Shown piece by piece: positions 10,125 to 21,128 of a stretch of 64,000 nucleotides of DNA; position 1 is the first letter of the stretch, and each line of letters opens with the position of its first letter. Position numbers and translations under genes: made by a program. This DNA comes from an uncultured Phycisphaerales bacterium (GTDB lineage Bacteria; Planctomycetota; Phycisphaerae; Tepidisphaerales; Tepidisphaeraceae). The stretch spans positions 2,912,001 through 2,976,000 of the forward strand of contig CAVWVQ010000003.1 in assembly GCA_963758525.1 (NCBI GenBank), in the 5' to 3' direction. Under the pieces are notes generated by a model. The model did not search any database and was not told the DNA's origin. It saw nothing but the letters and a program-made list of their open reading frames with translations.

Positions 10125-10481
10125 ATGCGAGCAGCAATGTTTCTCACGCTTTCCAACATCTTCATGACGTTTGCCTGGTACGGCCATCTCAAATGGTTCG
10201 GCCCCGACAGCTCCCCAAGTGCATTCCCGCTGAAGATTATCGTGATCAGCTGGCTGATTGCCTTCTTCGAGTACTGCTTTCAAGTTCCCGGCAATCGCAT
10301 CGGGAAAAACGTGGAGCATTTGAGCCTCGGGCAGCTCAAGATCATGCAGGAAGTCATCACGCTGACGGTCTTCTGCATCTTCGCGATCACGTTCATGCAG
10401 GAACGGCTCCACTGGCGGTTCTTTGTCGCGTTTGGATTGATGCTGGGAGCAGTTGCACTGGTGTTTACGGGGAGGAAGTAG
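10125..10481 (+). CDS. DMT family protein (DUF486)
   Basis: LSNIFMTFAWYGHLK, SWLIAFFEYCFQVP.NRIG, QLKIMQEVITL.VF. Confidence 0.9.
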   Translation: MRAAMFLTLSNIFMTFAWYGHLKWFGPDSSPSAFPLKIIVISWLIAFFEYCFQVPGNRIGKNVEHLSLGQLKIMQEVITLTVFCIFAITFMQERLHWRFFVAFGLMLGAVALVFTGRK

Positions 10482-10690
10482 AACGGTTGACGATTGGACC
10501 CTTGGGTCCGCGAAGGGCAAGCTACGGCGATACCGCTGGCGTGATTGAAGGGTTGTTTTACTCTGTTCGTCGGTGCTTTCGCGGGTTCGGTGCGGTGGTG
10601 GCGGGAATCAACGCAAACGGCCGCGCCCTGCTTTTGGCGGGGCGCGGCCGATGCCGCATCGGAATGAATCGATGGGACGCTTTTGACTTT

Positions 10691-11989
10691 TTAGCAGAGC
10701 GAGGGACTGACGATTCCACGCGCCGGTGGCCCCAGGTGCAACGACTCGACAGCGAGTTGGGCGATGTGCCGGCCGATGGCGATGGAGGCGGTGGCGGCGG
10801 GGGATGGGGCGTTGAGCACGTGCACCATGCGGGGGGCGGTGGCGATGCGGAAATCGTCGACGAGCTTGCCGTCGGCGTCGACGGCCTGGGCGCGAACGCC
10901 GGCGTTGCCGGGCTGAAGGTCGCCGAGCTGGAGGTCGGGCATCAATCTTCGCAGGGCGCGGAGGAAGGCGCGCTTGCTGACAGATCGATGAAGTTCGCCG
11001 AAGCCGGTCTTCCAGTGCTGGCGGGCCATCTTCCAGAAGCCGCCGTAAGTGGCGATGCGCATGGCATCGGTCGGATTGAAGCTGGTTTTGGCGTACCCGT
11101 GGCGTGCCATGGCCAGGACGGCGTTTGGCCCGGCTTCGACGCCGCCGCCGACCATGCGGGTGAAGTGGACGCCGAGGAACGGGAAGCGCGGATCGGGGAC
11201 CGGATAGATGAGGTTGCGGACGAGGTGCTGGCGCGGCTCGGCGAGATGGTAGTACTCGCCGCGGAAGGGAATAATTTGCACGCCCGGATCGACGCCGCAC
11301 TGACGAGCGATCTGGTCACTGTGCAGGCCGCCGCAGTTGATCAGTCCCTGGGCGTGGATTTCGCCGGCGAGCGTCTGGAGCGTGATGCCGTCGGATCGGA
11401 CGTGAATGGTGGAGACGTTGGCGTTGGTGCGGACTTCTCCGCCGCGTTCGCGGACCACGTCGCCGTACGCGGCGGCCACCTGTCGATAGTTGACGATGCC
11501 GGTATCGGGAACGTGCAGACCCGCGATGCCGCGAACATATGGCTCGTAGCGCGTGAGGTCCGGGCCGGAGAGACGTTTCACTCCTTCGAGACCGTTGGCA
11601 TTTCCGCGGCGTTCGAGCTCATCGAGCGCGGGCAATTCCTCGGGGCGCGTCGCCACGACAATTTTGCCGCACCGCTCATGGGCCACGTTGTGCTGCTGGC
11701 AGAATTCATAAAGCGCGCGGCTCCCTTCGACGCAGAGCCTGGCCTTGAGCGAGCCCGGTTTGTAGTAGAGCCCGGAGTGGATGACGCCGCTGTTGTGGCC
11801 GGTCTGGTGCGAGCCGAGCATATTTTCGGCTTCGAGCACGACGATGGAGATGTCGCGCTCGCGCAGCAGCGCCATGGCGGTTGCCAGCCCGACGATGCCG
11901 CCGCCGATGATGGCGACGTCGTAGGAGCCGCGCAGCGGCGCATAGAAAACCGGTCGAACCTGGGCACTGTTGGGATTGGGATTGGCCAT
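10691..11989 (-). CDS. lhgO: L-2-hydroxyglutarate oxidase
   Basis: IIGGGIVG, HQTGHNSGVIHSGLYYKPGSLKA, IYPVPDP.FPFLGVHFT, NAPSPAATAS; start may extend to 12013. Confidence 0.9.
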   Translation of the reverse strand: MANPNPNSAQVRPVFYAPLRGSYDVAIIGGGIVGLATAMALLRERDISIVVLEAENMLGSHQTGHNSGVIHSGLYYKPGSLKARLCVEGSRALYEFCQQHNVAHERCGKIVVATRPEELPALDELERRGNANGLEGVKRLSGPDLTRYEPYVRGIAGLHVPDTGIVNYRQVAAAYGDVVRERGGEVRTNANVSTIHVRSDGITLQTLAGEIHAQGLINCGGLHSDQIARQCGVDPGVQIIPFRGEYYHLAEPRQHLVRNLIYPVPDPRFPFLGVHFTRMVGGGVEAGPNAVLAMARHGYAKTSFNPTDAMRIATYGGFWKMARQHWKTGFGELHRSVSKRAFLRALRRLMPDLQLGDLQPGNAGVRAQAVDADGKLVDDFRIATAPRMVHVLNAPSPAATASIAIGRHIAQLAVESLHLGPPARGIVSPSLC

Positions 11990-12082
11990 GAGCGATTGGA
12001 TCATAGATAACACTTTTGTGCGGAAACAAGCGCCGCCCCGCCATGGAGCGTTATCGGCCGACGGATGGCCGGGCGTGCAGGA

Positions 12083-13832
12083 TCATCCGACGAGTTTTGC
12101 GTTGTCGAGGCGTCGGAGCCAATGAGCCGCGGAAAACGCCACTAATGCAGTCGCGGCAATACCCATCAGCAGGTTATCGGTCCTGAAGGAGCGTTTGCAG
12201 ATCACGACCAGAACGAACTCCATCGCCAGCGCCGGCGCGAGCAGCCCGATGCCCAGGGCAATGTGCCGGCCGCGAGCATCCAGCCGGCGGTTCGCTGTGA
12301 TCATCGCAAGGACGAGCGCGAGCGGCGTGAAGCTGATCAGAAAGAACGCCCAGCGGTAGAGTTCCGGAAGGAAACCTGCAAAAGGAAGCGTCATTGCCCT
12401 GGCCAGGTAGTGCGCGACGTCGCCGAAGTCGGCGGGGACGTTCGCGGTGACGCTCTGCAACGGGCCATCCACATAGATGCGCAAGACGGGGTCGTCGTAG
12501 GTGAGGATCAGATCATGCGGCCCGGGTCGCACAAAAAAATCGTCGATCTTCCAGGCGGGATTGGTTCCATTGTCCCCGGTGAGCGGGGTGCGCAGTCTGA
12601 TCACCAGATCCGAAAGCTGCTGGCCGATCGTCACGTTGCAATGCAACGAATCGGACGCGATCGCAACAATCCTCCCCAGCTCGGGGGATTGCGAATCCAG
12701 ATCGGATTCAAACTTGCATCGGATCGTGAACGCCGACGCTCCGCGAATCTCCCTGCAGAGACGGGATATCGGCGCTGTGGAGATGAGCCAGTCGCCGCCG
12801 GAGATGCTTGGTTGACGCTCTTTTGCCGTCACATCCGGTCCGTCCCAGATGAGTTCAGGACTTTGGCGCGTCAGATCGGCACTGGGCGCTGATCCGTCGA
12901 TTCGATAGGAAGCCAGCAGCGATTTGCCAAGCACGGTGCGCAGATCCCGTGCCGCATAAGCTTGCGGAATCTGCCCCGGCGTGAGCGCGGTGTCGGCCAA
13001 CTCGATGCTCTGGACGGTTCCCTTCCATCCCCGATCGCCCTGCGGAACATTTCCGACCACCAGCCGGAAGGTGCTGATATCCCAACTCGCCAAATTGCGG
13101 CCGACATGGCGCATCCGCAGCGGACCGCGCAGCGCAAGCCAGAAAGAAGAGAAACGTCATCGCCGCGCCAACGGGGGAAAGCCAGCGCATGAGCCGGAGC
13201 AGTACCCATCCCGTGCACCGCAGCAGGGGGAGGCCAACTAAAAGGAACAGCACCGCGCCGAAAATTCCGCCGGTGGTGTTGGAAAGGATGTCGGCCAGCG
13301 ACGAATCGCGCGTCGGCAGCCAGTGCTGAAGAAACTCGATCGAGCAGGAGCAGATGCAGCTGATGACGGCAGCGAACAGAACGGTTTGCAAGACGCGGTA
13401 GTTTCGCTTGCGACTCAGGCACGCGAGCGCGAATCCGAACGGAGTGAAGAGGACAATGTTGTTCGGGGTGTCCAGAAGATTCGCCGGATCGTAGGCCCGC
13501 CAGTCAAAAGGAGACGCCGCCTGGCGGATCGTCATCCCGTGCGGCACGGTAAAGTTGAACGGGAAAAGCGTGCAAAAGACGATCGCGAGGAAGCTGAGGA
13601 TGACCAGCGGGGGAGCCCAAAGTTCCGCGAGGTTGCAAGGAGCCGGGTTCGTCGACGGCGCAGCGGAACCGGCGGTAGCGCCGGACGCGCGAGGCGGATC
13701 TGTTGAGGAGGCTGGGAGCACGCGTGGAGGAGTGGAGGACGAAGCGAGCGGAGCACATCCCCGTAGCACAGCCGTCCCGGCTGTGATTAGCAGCCACAGC
13801 CGGGACGGCCGTGCTACGTGAATGCGGAGCAA
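12083..13832 (-). CDS. VanZ-family membrane protein fused to a LamG/ConA-like domain (frameshift near 13135; start uncertain)
   Basis: D..NNIVLF.PFG, IEFLQ.WLP.R.SS.ADI..N (VanZ); RIV.I.SD...N.T.GQ...L..RLRTP, TYD...LRIYVDG (LamG-like). Confidence 0.65.
13763..13817. repeat. REPIN family C (GTAGCACAGCCGTCCCGGCTGTG doublet)
   Basis: Inverted pair GTAG...CTAC; second copy at ~63458-63512. Confidence 0.75.
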
Positions 13833-13871
13833 GTCGGAAGCGTTACCGCAAGAACAGAATCGGCGAGCTGA

Positions 13872-15113
13872 TCAGGTTCCGACCGTCAGCAGCTTGGCCC
13901 CCAGGCCCATCTTGTCCAGATCGGCCTGGACCTCCTTGCGATAGATCGGATTCATCAGGATGACGACGTCCGGCTTGTACTCGGCGAGGAATTGCGGCGG
14001 AACGATGCGCTGCCCGGTGCCGGGCATGAACTTGTTCTGCCGGAAGGGGTTGATGTCCACGACAAATTCGACTGCGTTGCCGACGCCCAGCGTGGTGAGA
14101 AACGCGACGGCCTTGGAGAGGGCGATCCAGACGACGACTTTTTTGCCCTGGGCATGAAGATCGAGAATGAGGTTGCGCCAGTAGCTGACTCCGTCCGCGA
14201 GCCGGGTGGTCGCGCTGTCGACGAGTTCCCGCATCTGCTGCAGGTCATCCTCCAGCGGAAGACTCGGCGCGGGAATTTCGCCTTCGATGGGTCGGGCGCC
14301 GATCAGCAGATACTGATCGTCGTAGCAGCGTTCGAGTTCGACGACGTCAAATCCAGACTGGCGAAAGAGCCGCGCCAGCGATCCGGGGCTGAAGTAGGAG
14401 CAATGCTCGTAGTAGATGTCCCAGAACGCGCCCTCCTTGAGCACGCGGACGACGTCGGGCAGTTCGAAGAGGACGATCGTATCGAGCTGATTGCCGATGG
14501 TCCGGCGGATGGAACGCAGGAACTCGCCGGTGCGCCCGATATGTTCAAGGGTATGCCGGCAGAGCACGACGTCGGCGGTGAGATGCGCGTATTTCTCGTT
14601 GTAATGGTCCGGGATGAACTGCACGAGCTTCTTGAATTCCTCGGGCGTGCGCTCGGCGCGGTAGCTGGGATCGATGCCGATCCCGCGGTTGTTGCCGAGC
14701 TCACACATGAGCACGAGGAATTCGCCTTTTCCACAGCCGATCTCGAGAATCGTCTTGTTGCGGATCTGATACCGATCGATCCACGTCTGCGCCAGCTTTT
14801 TGGCAAAGGCGTTGAACGTGGGCGAAAAACCCTGCGATTCCTCGCAGTTGGAACAATATTCCTGCAGGGTGGCATCGTAGGCGGTGTTGCTGACAAAGCC
14901 GCAGTTGGAGCAGAAGCCGAGCTTCAGCCTTCCTCGCGGAAAATTGACGGCCTCGTCGGGACTGGCGGTCTGGACGGTGCTGTGCACCGGTATGTTGTCG
15001 GCGGCGTAAAACAGCGTCATGCCCCTGGAGAAGCAATTGGGACACTGGCACGACTTGTCGAACGAGCGAGGTTCGGCGCGCGACGCGGGCTGATCGAGTG
15101 TGAGTTTGGTCAT
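13872..15113 (-). CDS. Class I SAM-dependent (NDP-sugar C-)methyltransferase
   Basis: CPNC...C..CG Zn motif, LEIGCGKG, RHTLEHI, FWDIYYEHCSYF, VVDINP...KFMPG. Confidence 0.85.
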   Translation of the reverse strand: MTKLTLDQPASRAEPRSFDKSCQCPNCFSRGMTLFYAADNIPVHSTVQTASPDEAVNFPRGRLKLGFCSNCGFVSNTAYDATLQEYCSNCEESQGFSPTFNAFAKKLAQTWIDRYQIRNKTILEIGCGKGEFLVLMCELGNNRGIGIDPSYRAERTPEEFKKLVQFIPDHYNEKYAHLTADVVLCRHTLEHIGRTGEFLRSIRRTIGNQLDTIVLFELPDVVRVLKEGAFWDIYYEHCSYFSPGSLARLFRQSGFDVVELERCYDDQYLLIGARPIEGEIPAPSLPLEDDLQQMRELVDSATTRLADGVSYWRNLILDLHAQGKKVVVWIALSKAVAFLTTLGVGNAVEFVVDINPFRQNKFMPGTGQRIVPPQFLAEYKPDVVILMNPIYRKEVQADLDKMGLGAKLLTVGT

Positions 15114-15168
15114 GATTCAAAACGCCGGCTTGGGAACGAGGCGTCTCCAGTGTGAGAAAAACGGGTGT

Positions 15169-16344
15169 TCACACCGCAACTTGGCGCTGTGCGACCGTGT
15201 TGGGAACGACGGTGGACATCAGCCGGTTGTATTCCTGCCAGGTGCCGGCGGCGATGCGGCGCCAGCGGAGGTTCTCGATGGCGTAGGCGCGCCCGGCCAT
15301 CCCCATCTGCGGCCATTGCGGGCGCAGGCGCAGCATTTCAGCGATTCCGTCGCGTACGGATTGAACGGTCGGATTAACGACGATCCCGCATCCGCTGGCG
15401 CGGACATGCGGGGAGATGCCGGCGATTTCCGACACGATCACAACCCGGCCGGCGAGCATCGCCTCCAGCGCCGCCAGGCCGAATCCCTCGAAGCGCGAGA
15501 CGAGGCAGAACATATCGTGGCGCGCGATCAGCGATGGTGACGACGCGTTGAAATCCGCTTCGGGGAACGAGACATCAGCTTCGATGCCGGCCCGCTGTGC
15601 GCGGGCGACGAGCGCGGCGCGGTCGCCCCAGTCGGGACCTTGGATCGTGAGCAGGGGCCGGGTATCTGCCGGAAGCTGGGCCATCGCGTCAATCAGAACA
15701 TCGAGCCCCTTATTGTGTGCGTCGATGCGGCCCATGAATATCGCCGAGGGGCGTCCGCCATGATGCCAGGTCAGTTGATCCTCGGGGAGCACGTCGGCCT
15801 TGGCGTATCCGTTGGTGGTTTCGATCACCGGCACGTTGACTCCGAGGCGCGCGAGCCATTGGCCATGGCGGGCGTCGAGCACCTGCACGGCCAGGGCTCC
15901 GTTGAGCATGGGCCGTTCGCGCAGATACCAATAGGGCCATTTCAGGAGGCTGTTTTTAGAGAAGATGGACGGATGATAGGGGTCGTGCGGGGCAACGATG
16001 TAGGGGACGTTGAGTTGGCGAAGCAGCACGGCCAAAGCGCAAACGCCGGGATGAAAGATCCCATTGAGAACGTAGAGCGTGTCCTGGCTGTTCTCCAGAA
16101 CGAAACTGCGCAGGCCGCTGGAAACGGATCCATAGAGCCGGGCCGGCGGCGCCCCTGCGATGCAGCGTACCTCATAACCCGGGGCGATCTGCCGGACCGA
16201 ATTCTGTTCTCCCTCGCAGAGCACGACCACGGGCGTGCCATTTTCGGCAAAGCCGTGGGCAAGGCCGTGAACGGCCTTGCAAATGCCCAGGTTGGGGGAC
16301 TCGCCGTTGGCAGGAAAGTCCTGTAGGTAAAAGAACAGACGCAT
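15169..16344 (-). CDS. Glycosyltransferase family 4
   Basis: FMGRI...KGLD, SRFEGFGLAALEAM (EX7E). Confidence 0.9.
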   Translation of the reverse strand: MRLFFYLQDFPANGESPNLGICKAVHGLAHGFAENGTPVVVLCEGEQNSVRQIAPGYEVRCIAGAPPARLYGSVSSGLRSFVLENSQDTLYVLNGIFHPGVCALAVLLRQLNVPYIVAPHDPYHPSIFSKNSLLKWPYWYLRERPMLNGALAVQVLDARHGQWLARLGVNVPVIETTNGYAKADVLPEDQLTWHHGGRPSAIFMGRIDAHNKGLDVLIDAMAQLPADTRPLLTIQGPDWGDRAALVARAQRAGIEADVSFPEADFNASSPSLIARHDMFCLVSRFEGFGLAALEAMLAGRVVIVSEIAGISPHVRASGCGIVVNPTVQSVRDGIAEMLRLRPQWPQMGMAGRAYAIENLRWRRIAAGTWQEYNRLMSTVVPNTVAQRQVAV

Positions 16345-16388
16345 CGCGTGAAACCTTAACTATCGTTGCCGCCGGCTCAACCCTGCAT

Positions 16389-17642
16389 TTACACAATTTG
16401 CGGGTTGGGAATCGGGATAATGAACTGACCGCCGCCCTTTCGGAACGCGTCCTGCTGCTTGAGGATTTCGTCCTTGAAGTTCCACGGAAGCACCAGAACG
16501 TAATCCGGCTTCTCTTCCATCAGCTTTTTGGGGTCGAGGATCGGGATATGCACGCCCGGCATGAACTTGCCCTGCTTGTGAACGTTGCGATCGACGACGA
16601 AGTCGATCGTGTCGGTGCCCAGCCCGACGTAGTTCACCAGCGTGCTTCCTTTGGCGGCGGCGCCGTAGGCGGCGATACGCTTGCCCTGTGCCTTGATCTT
16701 CGAGCACATCTCTCGCAAGGATTTGCGGATGTCTTTCACCTTGTTGGCGAACATCTCGTAATAGGGGAACTTGTCGATTCCCAGCGCCTTCTCTTCGCCG
16801 AGCAGCTTCTTGACGGCTTCGCCGACCTGTTCCTTCGGCTCGACATAAATCCGCAGCGAGCCGCCGTGGATCGAGAGCCGCTCGACATGGTTGAGATAAA
16901 GCCCATGACGGCGGAACAGATGATCGATCGCGGTTGCCGAGAAATAGCAAAGATGCTCGTGATAGATGGTGTCGAATTCGCCGTGCTCGATGAGATCGCG
17001 AACGTAGGGGAATTCGAAGACGCCGACGCCGTTGTCCTTGAGCAGGAGTTTGACGCCGTCGACAAAGCCATTGGTGTCGGCGACGTGCGCCAGCACGTTG
17101 TTGCCGATGATCACGTCGGCGCGGCGGCCCTCGTTGCGAAGCTTGGTCGCCAGGTCCTTGCCGAAGAAGGTGCAGAGCGTGGGGACGCCGATTTTGATGG
17201 CGGCCTTGGCCGGTCCGTCGGCGGGGTCAATCCCGAGAACGGGAACGCCTTTCTCCACGAAATTCTTCAGCAGATAGCCGTCATTGCTCGCCAATTCGAC
17301 GACCAGGCTGTCTTTGTTGAGCTTGCGGGTGGCGACGAGATTCAGTGCGTTCTTGCGCGAGTGTTCGAGCAGATGATCGGAGAACGAAGAGTAGTACGGA
17401 TAGTCCGCGCTAAAGAGCACTTCCGGCGGAACCGTCTCGAGGATCTGCACCAAAGAGCAACTGGGGCAGAAGGCGACTTCCAGGGGGAACGCCGGGTCCT
17501 GCTGCTTGAGCTGCTCGGTGGTCCGAAGTCCGTCAGCCAGCGGCTGCTGCCCCAGATCGAGGAAGGGCTTAAGGCCCGGCTTCTTGCAGGAGCGGCAGAG
17601 CGTTTCGGTTTTGCTGCGGGTGTTGTTATTCATTGCGACCAT
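16389..17642 (-). CDS. NDP-hexose C-methyltransferase
   Basis: CRSC, LDLG.QPLA, VELASNDGYLL, NNVLAHV, FDTIYHEH, YGAAAKG; start 17633-17654. Confidence 0.9.
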   Translation of the reverse strand: MVAMNNNTRSKTETLCRSCKKPGLKPFLDLGQQPLADGLRTTEQLKQQDPAFPLEVAFCPSCSLVQILETVPPEVLFSADYPYYSSFSDHLLEHSRKNALNLVATRKLNKDSLVVELASNDGYLLKNFVEKGVPVLGIDPADGPAKAAIKIGVPTLCTFFGKDLATKLRNEGRRADVIIGNNVLAHVADTNGFVDGVKLLLKDNGVGVFEFPYVRDLIEHGEFDTIYHEHLCYFSATAIDHLFRRHGLYLNHVERLSIHGGSLRIYVEPKEQVGEAVKKLLGEEKALGIDKFPYYEMFANKVKDIRKSLREMCSKIKAQGKRIAAYGAAAKGSTLVNYVGLGTDTIDFVVDRNVHKQGKFMPGVHIPILDPKKLMEEKPDYVLVLPWNFKDEILKQQDAFRKGGGQFIIPIPNPQIV

Positions 17643-17862
17643 TGTGAATTCCATTCCAGTGACTGCCAAGGGATTCCGCGGCAATAGCGAGCCGCACCCA
17701 ATCATCGGTAAATTTCTCCGGCAACTTACCGTGCCGGGGGTTTCATAAGCAGCGCTTTCAAACCTGCCGTACCGCTGGCAGGCCGGAAGCCTGCACCACA
17801 AATGCGGCATCCAAAAATCCCTCTCCCGGAGTTATCCGGGAGAGGGATGAGCGAGAGCGTGT

Positions 17863-18912
17863 TTAGGCCGGCACTTTCTCGCGCTCGGGCGCGGTGTGCC
17901 GCAGCGTCGAGTCGATGATGCCGTCTTCGATGAGCTTGCGAATGTGGCCGATGCGCTGGAACTTGGGCCCTTCAAACTCTTCGAGCGTGAGGCCGACCTT
18001 CTTGTAGACCTCATACAGTTCGCGAGCGCCCTTCTTGGCGTCCCACTGGGGTTTGAAGGCAGGCAGCACCCGCGCGATCTTATCGCAGTTGACGCGGTAG
18101 CAGCGTTTGTCGGGAGAAGCGTCGGGGGCGTATTCGACTTTGCAGCCGGGCACGGTGGCGGCAACGATCTCCGCCAGTTCGCGCATGCGGTAGTTTTCCG
18201 AAGTGCGGCCGACGTTAAACGCCTCGCGATGGACCAGCTCGCGCGGAGCGGCGACAACAGCGGCAAATGCGCGGGAGATGTCTTCAATATGCGTGATCGG
18301 CCGCCAGGGGGTTCCGTCGCTCTTGAGGTAGACGCGTTTGGTGGTGAACGCCCAGGCGGTGAGATTATTGAGAACCAGATCGAACCGCAGGCGCGGGGAG
18401 ACGCCATAGGCGGTGGCGCTGCGGAGGAAGATCGGCGAGAAGCGGTCGTCGGCCATCGGCGTCAGATCGCGCTCCACATTGACCTTGGACTGCCCGTAGG
18501 GAGTCACGGGGTTGAACGCCGACGATTCGTCGAGAAACTCGTCGCCGGCCGCGCCGTAGTTGGAGCAGGAGCTGGAGAAGACGAACCGGCGAACGCCCGC
18601 CTTCTTGGCCATTTCAGCCAGACGGACCGAGGCGCGGTGGTTGATGTCAAACGTCAGGTCGGGATTGAGATTCCCCAGCGGATCGTTGGATAGAGCAGCC
18701 AGGTGGAGCACCGCCTCAAAGCCCTTGAGATCGGAGACTTCGACTGCGCGAATGTCCTTCTTGATCGACGGCACATTGGCGATGCCGGCGCCGAAGGTGC
18801 AGCGGCTGTACAGATCGCTGTCGAGTCCGACCACTTCATGGCCCTCCTTGAGCAGCAGGGGGGTCATGACCGTTCCGATGTAGCCCAGATGTCCAGTGAC
18901 TAAGAGACGCAT
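17863..18912 (-). CDS. NAD-dependent epimerase/dehydratase (extended SDR)
   Basis: VTGHLGYIG, HLAALSNDP.G, SSCSNYG, YGQSK. Confidence 0.9.
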   Translation of the reverse strand: MRLLVTGHLGYIGTVMTPLLLKEGHEVVGLDSDLYSRCTFGAGIANVPSIKKDIRAVEVSDLKGFEAVLHLAALSNDPLGNLNPDLTFDINHRASVRLAEMAKKAGVRRFVFSSSCSNYGAAGDEFLDESSAFNPVTPYGQSKVNVERDLTPMADDRFSPIFLRSATAYGVSPRLRFDLVLNNLTAWAFTTKRVYLKSDGTPWRPITHIEDISRAFAAVVAAPRELVHREAFNVGRTSENYRMRELAEIVAATVPGCKVEYAPDASPDKRCYRVNCDKIARVLPAFKPQWDAKKGARELYEVYKKVGLTLEEFEGPKFQRIGHIRKLIEDGIIDSTLRHTAPEREKVPA

Positions 18913-18946
18913 GGGTTTCTCACTCCTTACAGTGTTTGTTCTTTTG

Positions 18947-19114
18947 GTTGGGCGGGATTCATCCCGCCGTCTCTCTGCGAGAACTCAGCTGGTCCAGAAC
19001 TCCGGCGGAACGAATCCCGCGCTACGGGCCCGTTGATCTTCTGATGTAGGGCGGGATTCATCCCGCCGTCTCTTCGCAAGGCCGCAGACTCCGGCGGGAT
19101 GAGTCCCGCCCAAC
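18947..19114. repeat. Two tandem family-B REPIN doublets
   Basis: GGGCGGGATTCATCCCGCCGTCTCT twice, each with an inverted partner. Confidence 0.85.
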
Positions 19115-19173
19115 GGGACCAGACCGCATCCTCGCCATATCGCTTTCCCGGTACTCCGGGAGAGCGATCAGCT

Positions 19174-19965
19174 TCATTTCTCCCAGGTCTTCCAGGGCGG
19201 ATTGCCCTTGGCCCAGAGATCTTCCAGCAGCTTGCGATCGCGGATGGTGTCCATGCACTGCCAGAAATCGGCGTGCTTGTAGGCCATCAACTGACCGTCG
19301 TGCGCCAGCTTTTCCATGGGCTCTTTTTCCCAGTGGGTGCCGTCGCCTTCGATGTAGTCGAAAATTTCCGGCTCGAGCACGAAGAACGCGCCGTTGATCC
19401 ATCCCTCGCTGGCCTGCGGTTTCTCGGAGAACTCGCGGACGTGGTCGCCTTCAAAGACGATGTGCCCGAAGCGGGCCGGGGGGCGAACGGTGGTAACGGT
19501 CGCGAGCTTGCCGTGTGATTTATGGAATTTGAGCAGCTCGTGAAGATTGACGTTGGAGACGCCATCGCCCCAGGTGAGCATGAACGTTCCGTTGCCCAGG
19601 TACGGCGCGAGACGTTTGATGCGGCCGCCGGTCTGGGTTTTCACGCCGGTGTCCACGCAGTCGACAGTCCATTCCGGGAATGAGCCGTTGCTGTGCCGCA
19701 GCACGTCGCCGCTGCGCGTTTTGACGGTCAGATCGCTCTGCATCGTGGCGAGTTCCATCATGTATCGCTTGATGTATTCGCCCTTGTAACCCAGGCCCAG
19801 CGCGAAGCTGTTGTACCCGTAATGCGAGTAGTGCATCATGATGTGCCAGAGGATCGGCATCCCGCCGATCTCGACCATCGGCTTGGGCTTCAGTTCGGTT
19901 TCTTCCGCCAGGCGCGACCCCAGGCCGCCGGCGAGGATTGCCACTTTCATCTTCAAGCTCCTCAT
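19174..19965 (-). CDS. rfbF: Glucose-1-phosphate cytidylyltransferase
   Basis: ILAGGLGSRL.EET..KPKPMVEIGG.PILWHIM, TGGRIKR, FWQCMDT.RD. Confidence 0.92.
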   Translation of the reverse strand: MRSLKMKVAILAGGLGSRLAEETELKPKPMVEIGGMPILWHIMMHYSHYGYNSFALGLGYKGEYIKRYMMELATMQSDLTVKTRSGDVLRHSNGSFPEWTVDCVDTGVKTQTGGRIKRLAPYLGNGTFMLTWGDGVSNVNLHELLKFHKSHGKLATVTTVRPPARFGHIVFEGDHVREFSEKPQASEGWINGAFFVLEPEIFDYIEGDGTHWEKEPMEKLAHDGQLMAYKHADFWQCMDTIRDRKLLEDLWAKGNPPWKTWEK

Positions 19966-20008
19966 AGCTCCGCTTCAAAAACCGCGGAGACGCAGTATGC
20001 ACGCGCTT

Positions 20009-21031
20009 TTACGATGCGGTCGTGCGGTGCAGATTATCGGCGGCTTGAAGCTGAGGCGGACGACCCTTGAACAGGTCGGTAACGCGCCAGAACACTTCCT
20101 CGCCGGCGATGATCAGATCCCGAACTAACTTCGGCAGAATTTTGATGGTGAATCCGAGCAATCGCAGATAACAGCCCGCTTTTTGTCCGATTGTCAGCGG
20201 CGGCATCGCCGGGGACGCCCAATATTCTTTCAGCACGCGCCATTCGGGGAAAACGATCTTCCCCTTCTTGGAGGCGTCCCACCATTCAGTGGCGGGTATG
20301 GGACCCACGCCGATGTATTTTGAGAGCCGGCTGCGCCCTCGGCTGAGCCGGACCGGAAGCGACCGCACGGATCGGCCGCGATGATCGCGGTTGAGGAAAA
20401 GAAATTCCTTCACCAGGTGGAATCGCCCAAAGAGGCTGAGCCGGGCCAGCACCACACTGTCGGCGCGGGCGTAAGAGCCCTTGCGCGGAAAGCTGCGCAG
20501 CGCCTGGAGGCGGATCAGCGAGAAGATCTCAAACGCCCCGTGCTTTTTGTGCTTGACGTTGATCAGCGCCCCAAAGCGCCTGGCGGGACTTTCGTCGTCA
20601 GTGGGAAGCACAAACGTATTGTCGCGGAGCGGCTTGCTGTCCTCGTCAATCACCCGCGTCTGCGGCCAGGCCATCACGGCGCCGGGATCGGAGTCGAGGG
20701 CGGCGACGCATTTTTCCAGAAGCGTGGGGGCCAGCAGATCGTCCGCGGCGCACCACTTGAAATACTCGCCCCGCGAGAGCAACTCAGTGCGGTTGTAGTT
20801 CCAGGCGGGGCCATGATTCGTGCGGTCGTTGGGCTCGTAGCGGACACGCGCATCGCGAGCGGCATACTCGCGGCAGATGGCTTCAGTCGCATCGGTCGAG
20901 CCGTTGTCGGAGATGATCAGCTCGAAGTCCCTGTACGTCTGCGCCAGGATCGAATCCAGCACTTCCCGCAGGAAACGCTGGGCATTGTAAACGGGCATCC
21001 CAAGGCTGACGCGTGGCGATTGTTGCGACAT
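20009..21031 (-). CDS. Glycosyltransferase family 2
   Basis: VSLGMPVYN, ISDNGSTD, YFKWCAADD. Confidence 0.9.
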   Translation of the reverse strand: MSQQSPRVSLGMPVYNAQRFLREVLDSILAQTYRDFELIISDNGSTDATEAICREYAARDARVRYEPNDRTNHGPAWNYNRTELLSRGEYFKWCAADDLLAPTLLEKCVAALDSDPGAVMAWPQTRVIDEDSKPLRDNTFVLPTDDESPARRFGALINVKHKKHGAFEIFSLIRLQALRSFPRKGSYARADSVVLARLSLFGRFHLVKEFLFLNRDHRGRSVRSLPVRLSRGRSRLSKYIGVGPIPATEWWDASKKGKIVFPEWRVLKEYWASPAMPPLTIGQKAGCYLRLLGFTIKILPKLVRDLIIAGEEVFWRVTDLFKGRPPQLQAADNLHRTTAS

Positions 21032-21128
21032 AGATTCCTCTCACTGCAACCGAAGCGCTGGCCCAGCATCGGGCCGTTCGGAAAACGGCTGCCGCGCCTT
21101 TCGACGCGGCCGCCGTGAAAGCGAGAAA

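Noticed and set aside
10115..12010. 631 aa plus-strand ORF (and similar long ORFs at 16398, 23296, 30452, 39619, 55633, 57008)
   Set aside because: Antisense or alternate-frame shadows of well-supported genes; expected in high-GC DNA and lacking motifs
18947..19114. Repeat-spacer-like pattern suggesting CRISPR
   Set aside because: Repeats alternate in orientation as REP doublets, only four units, and no cas genes
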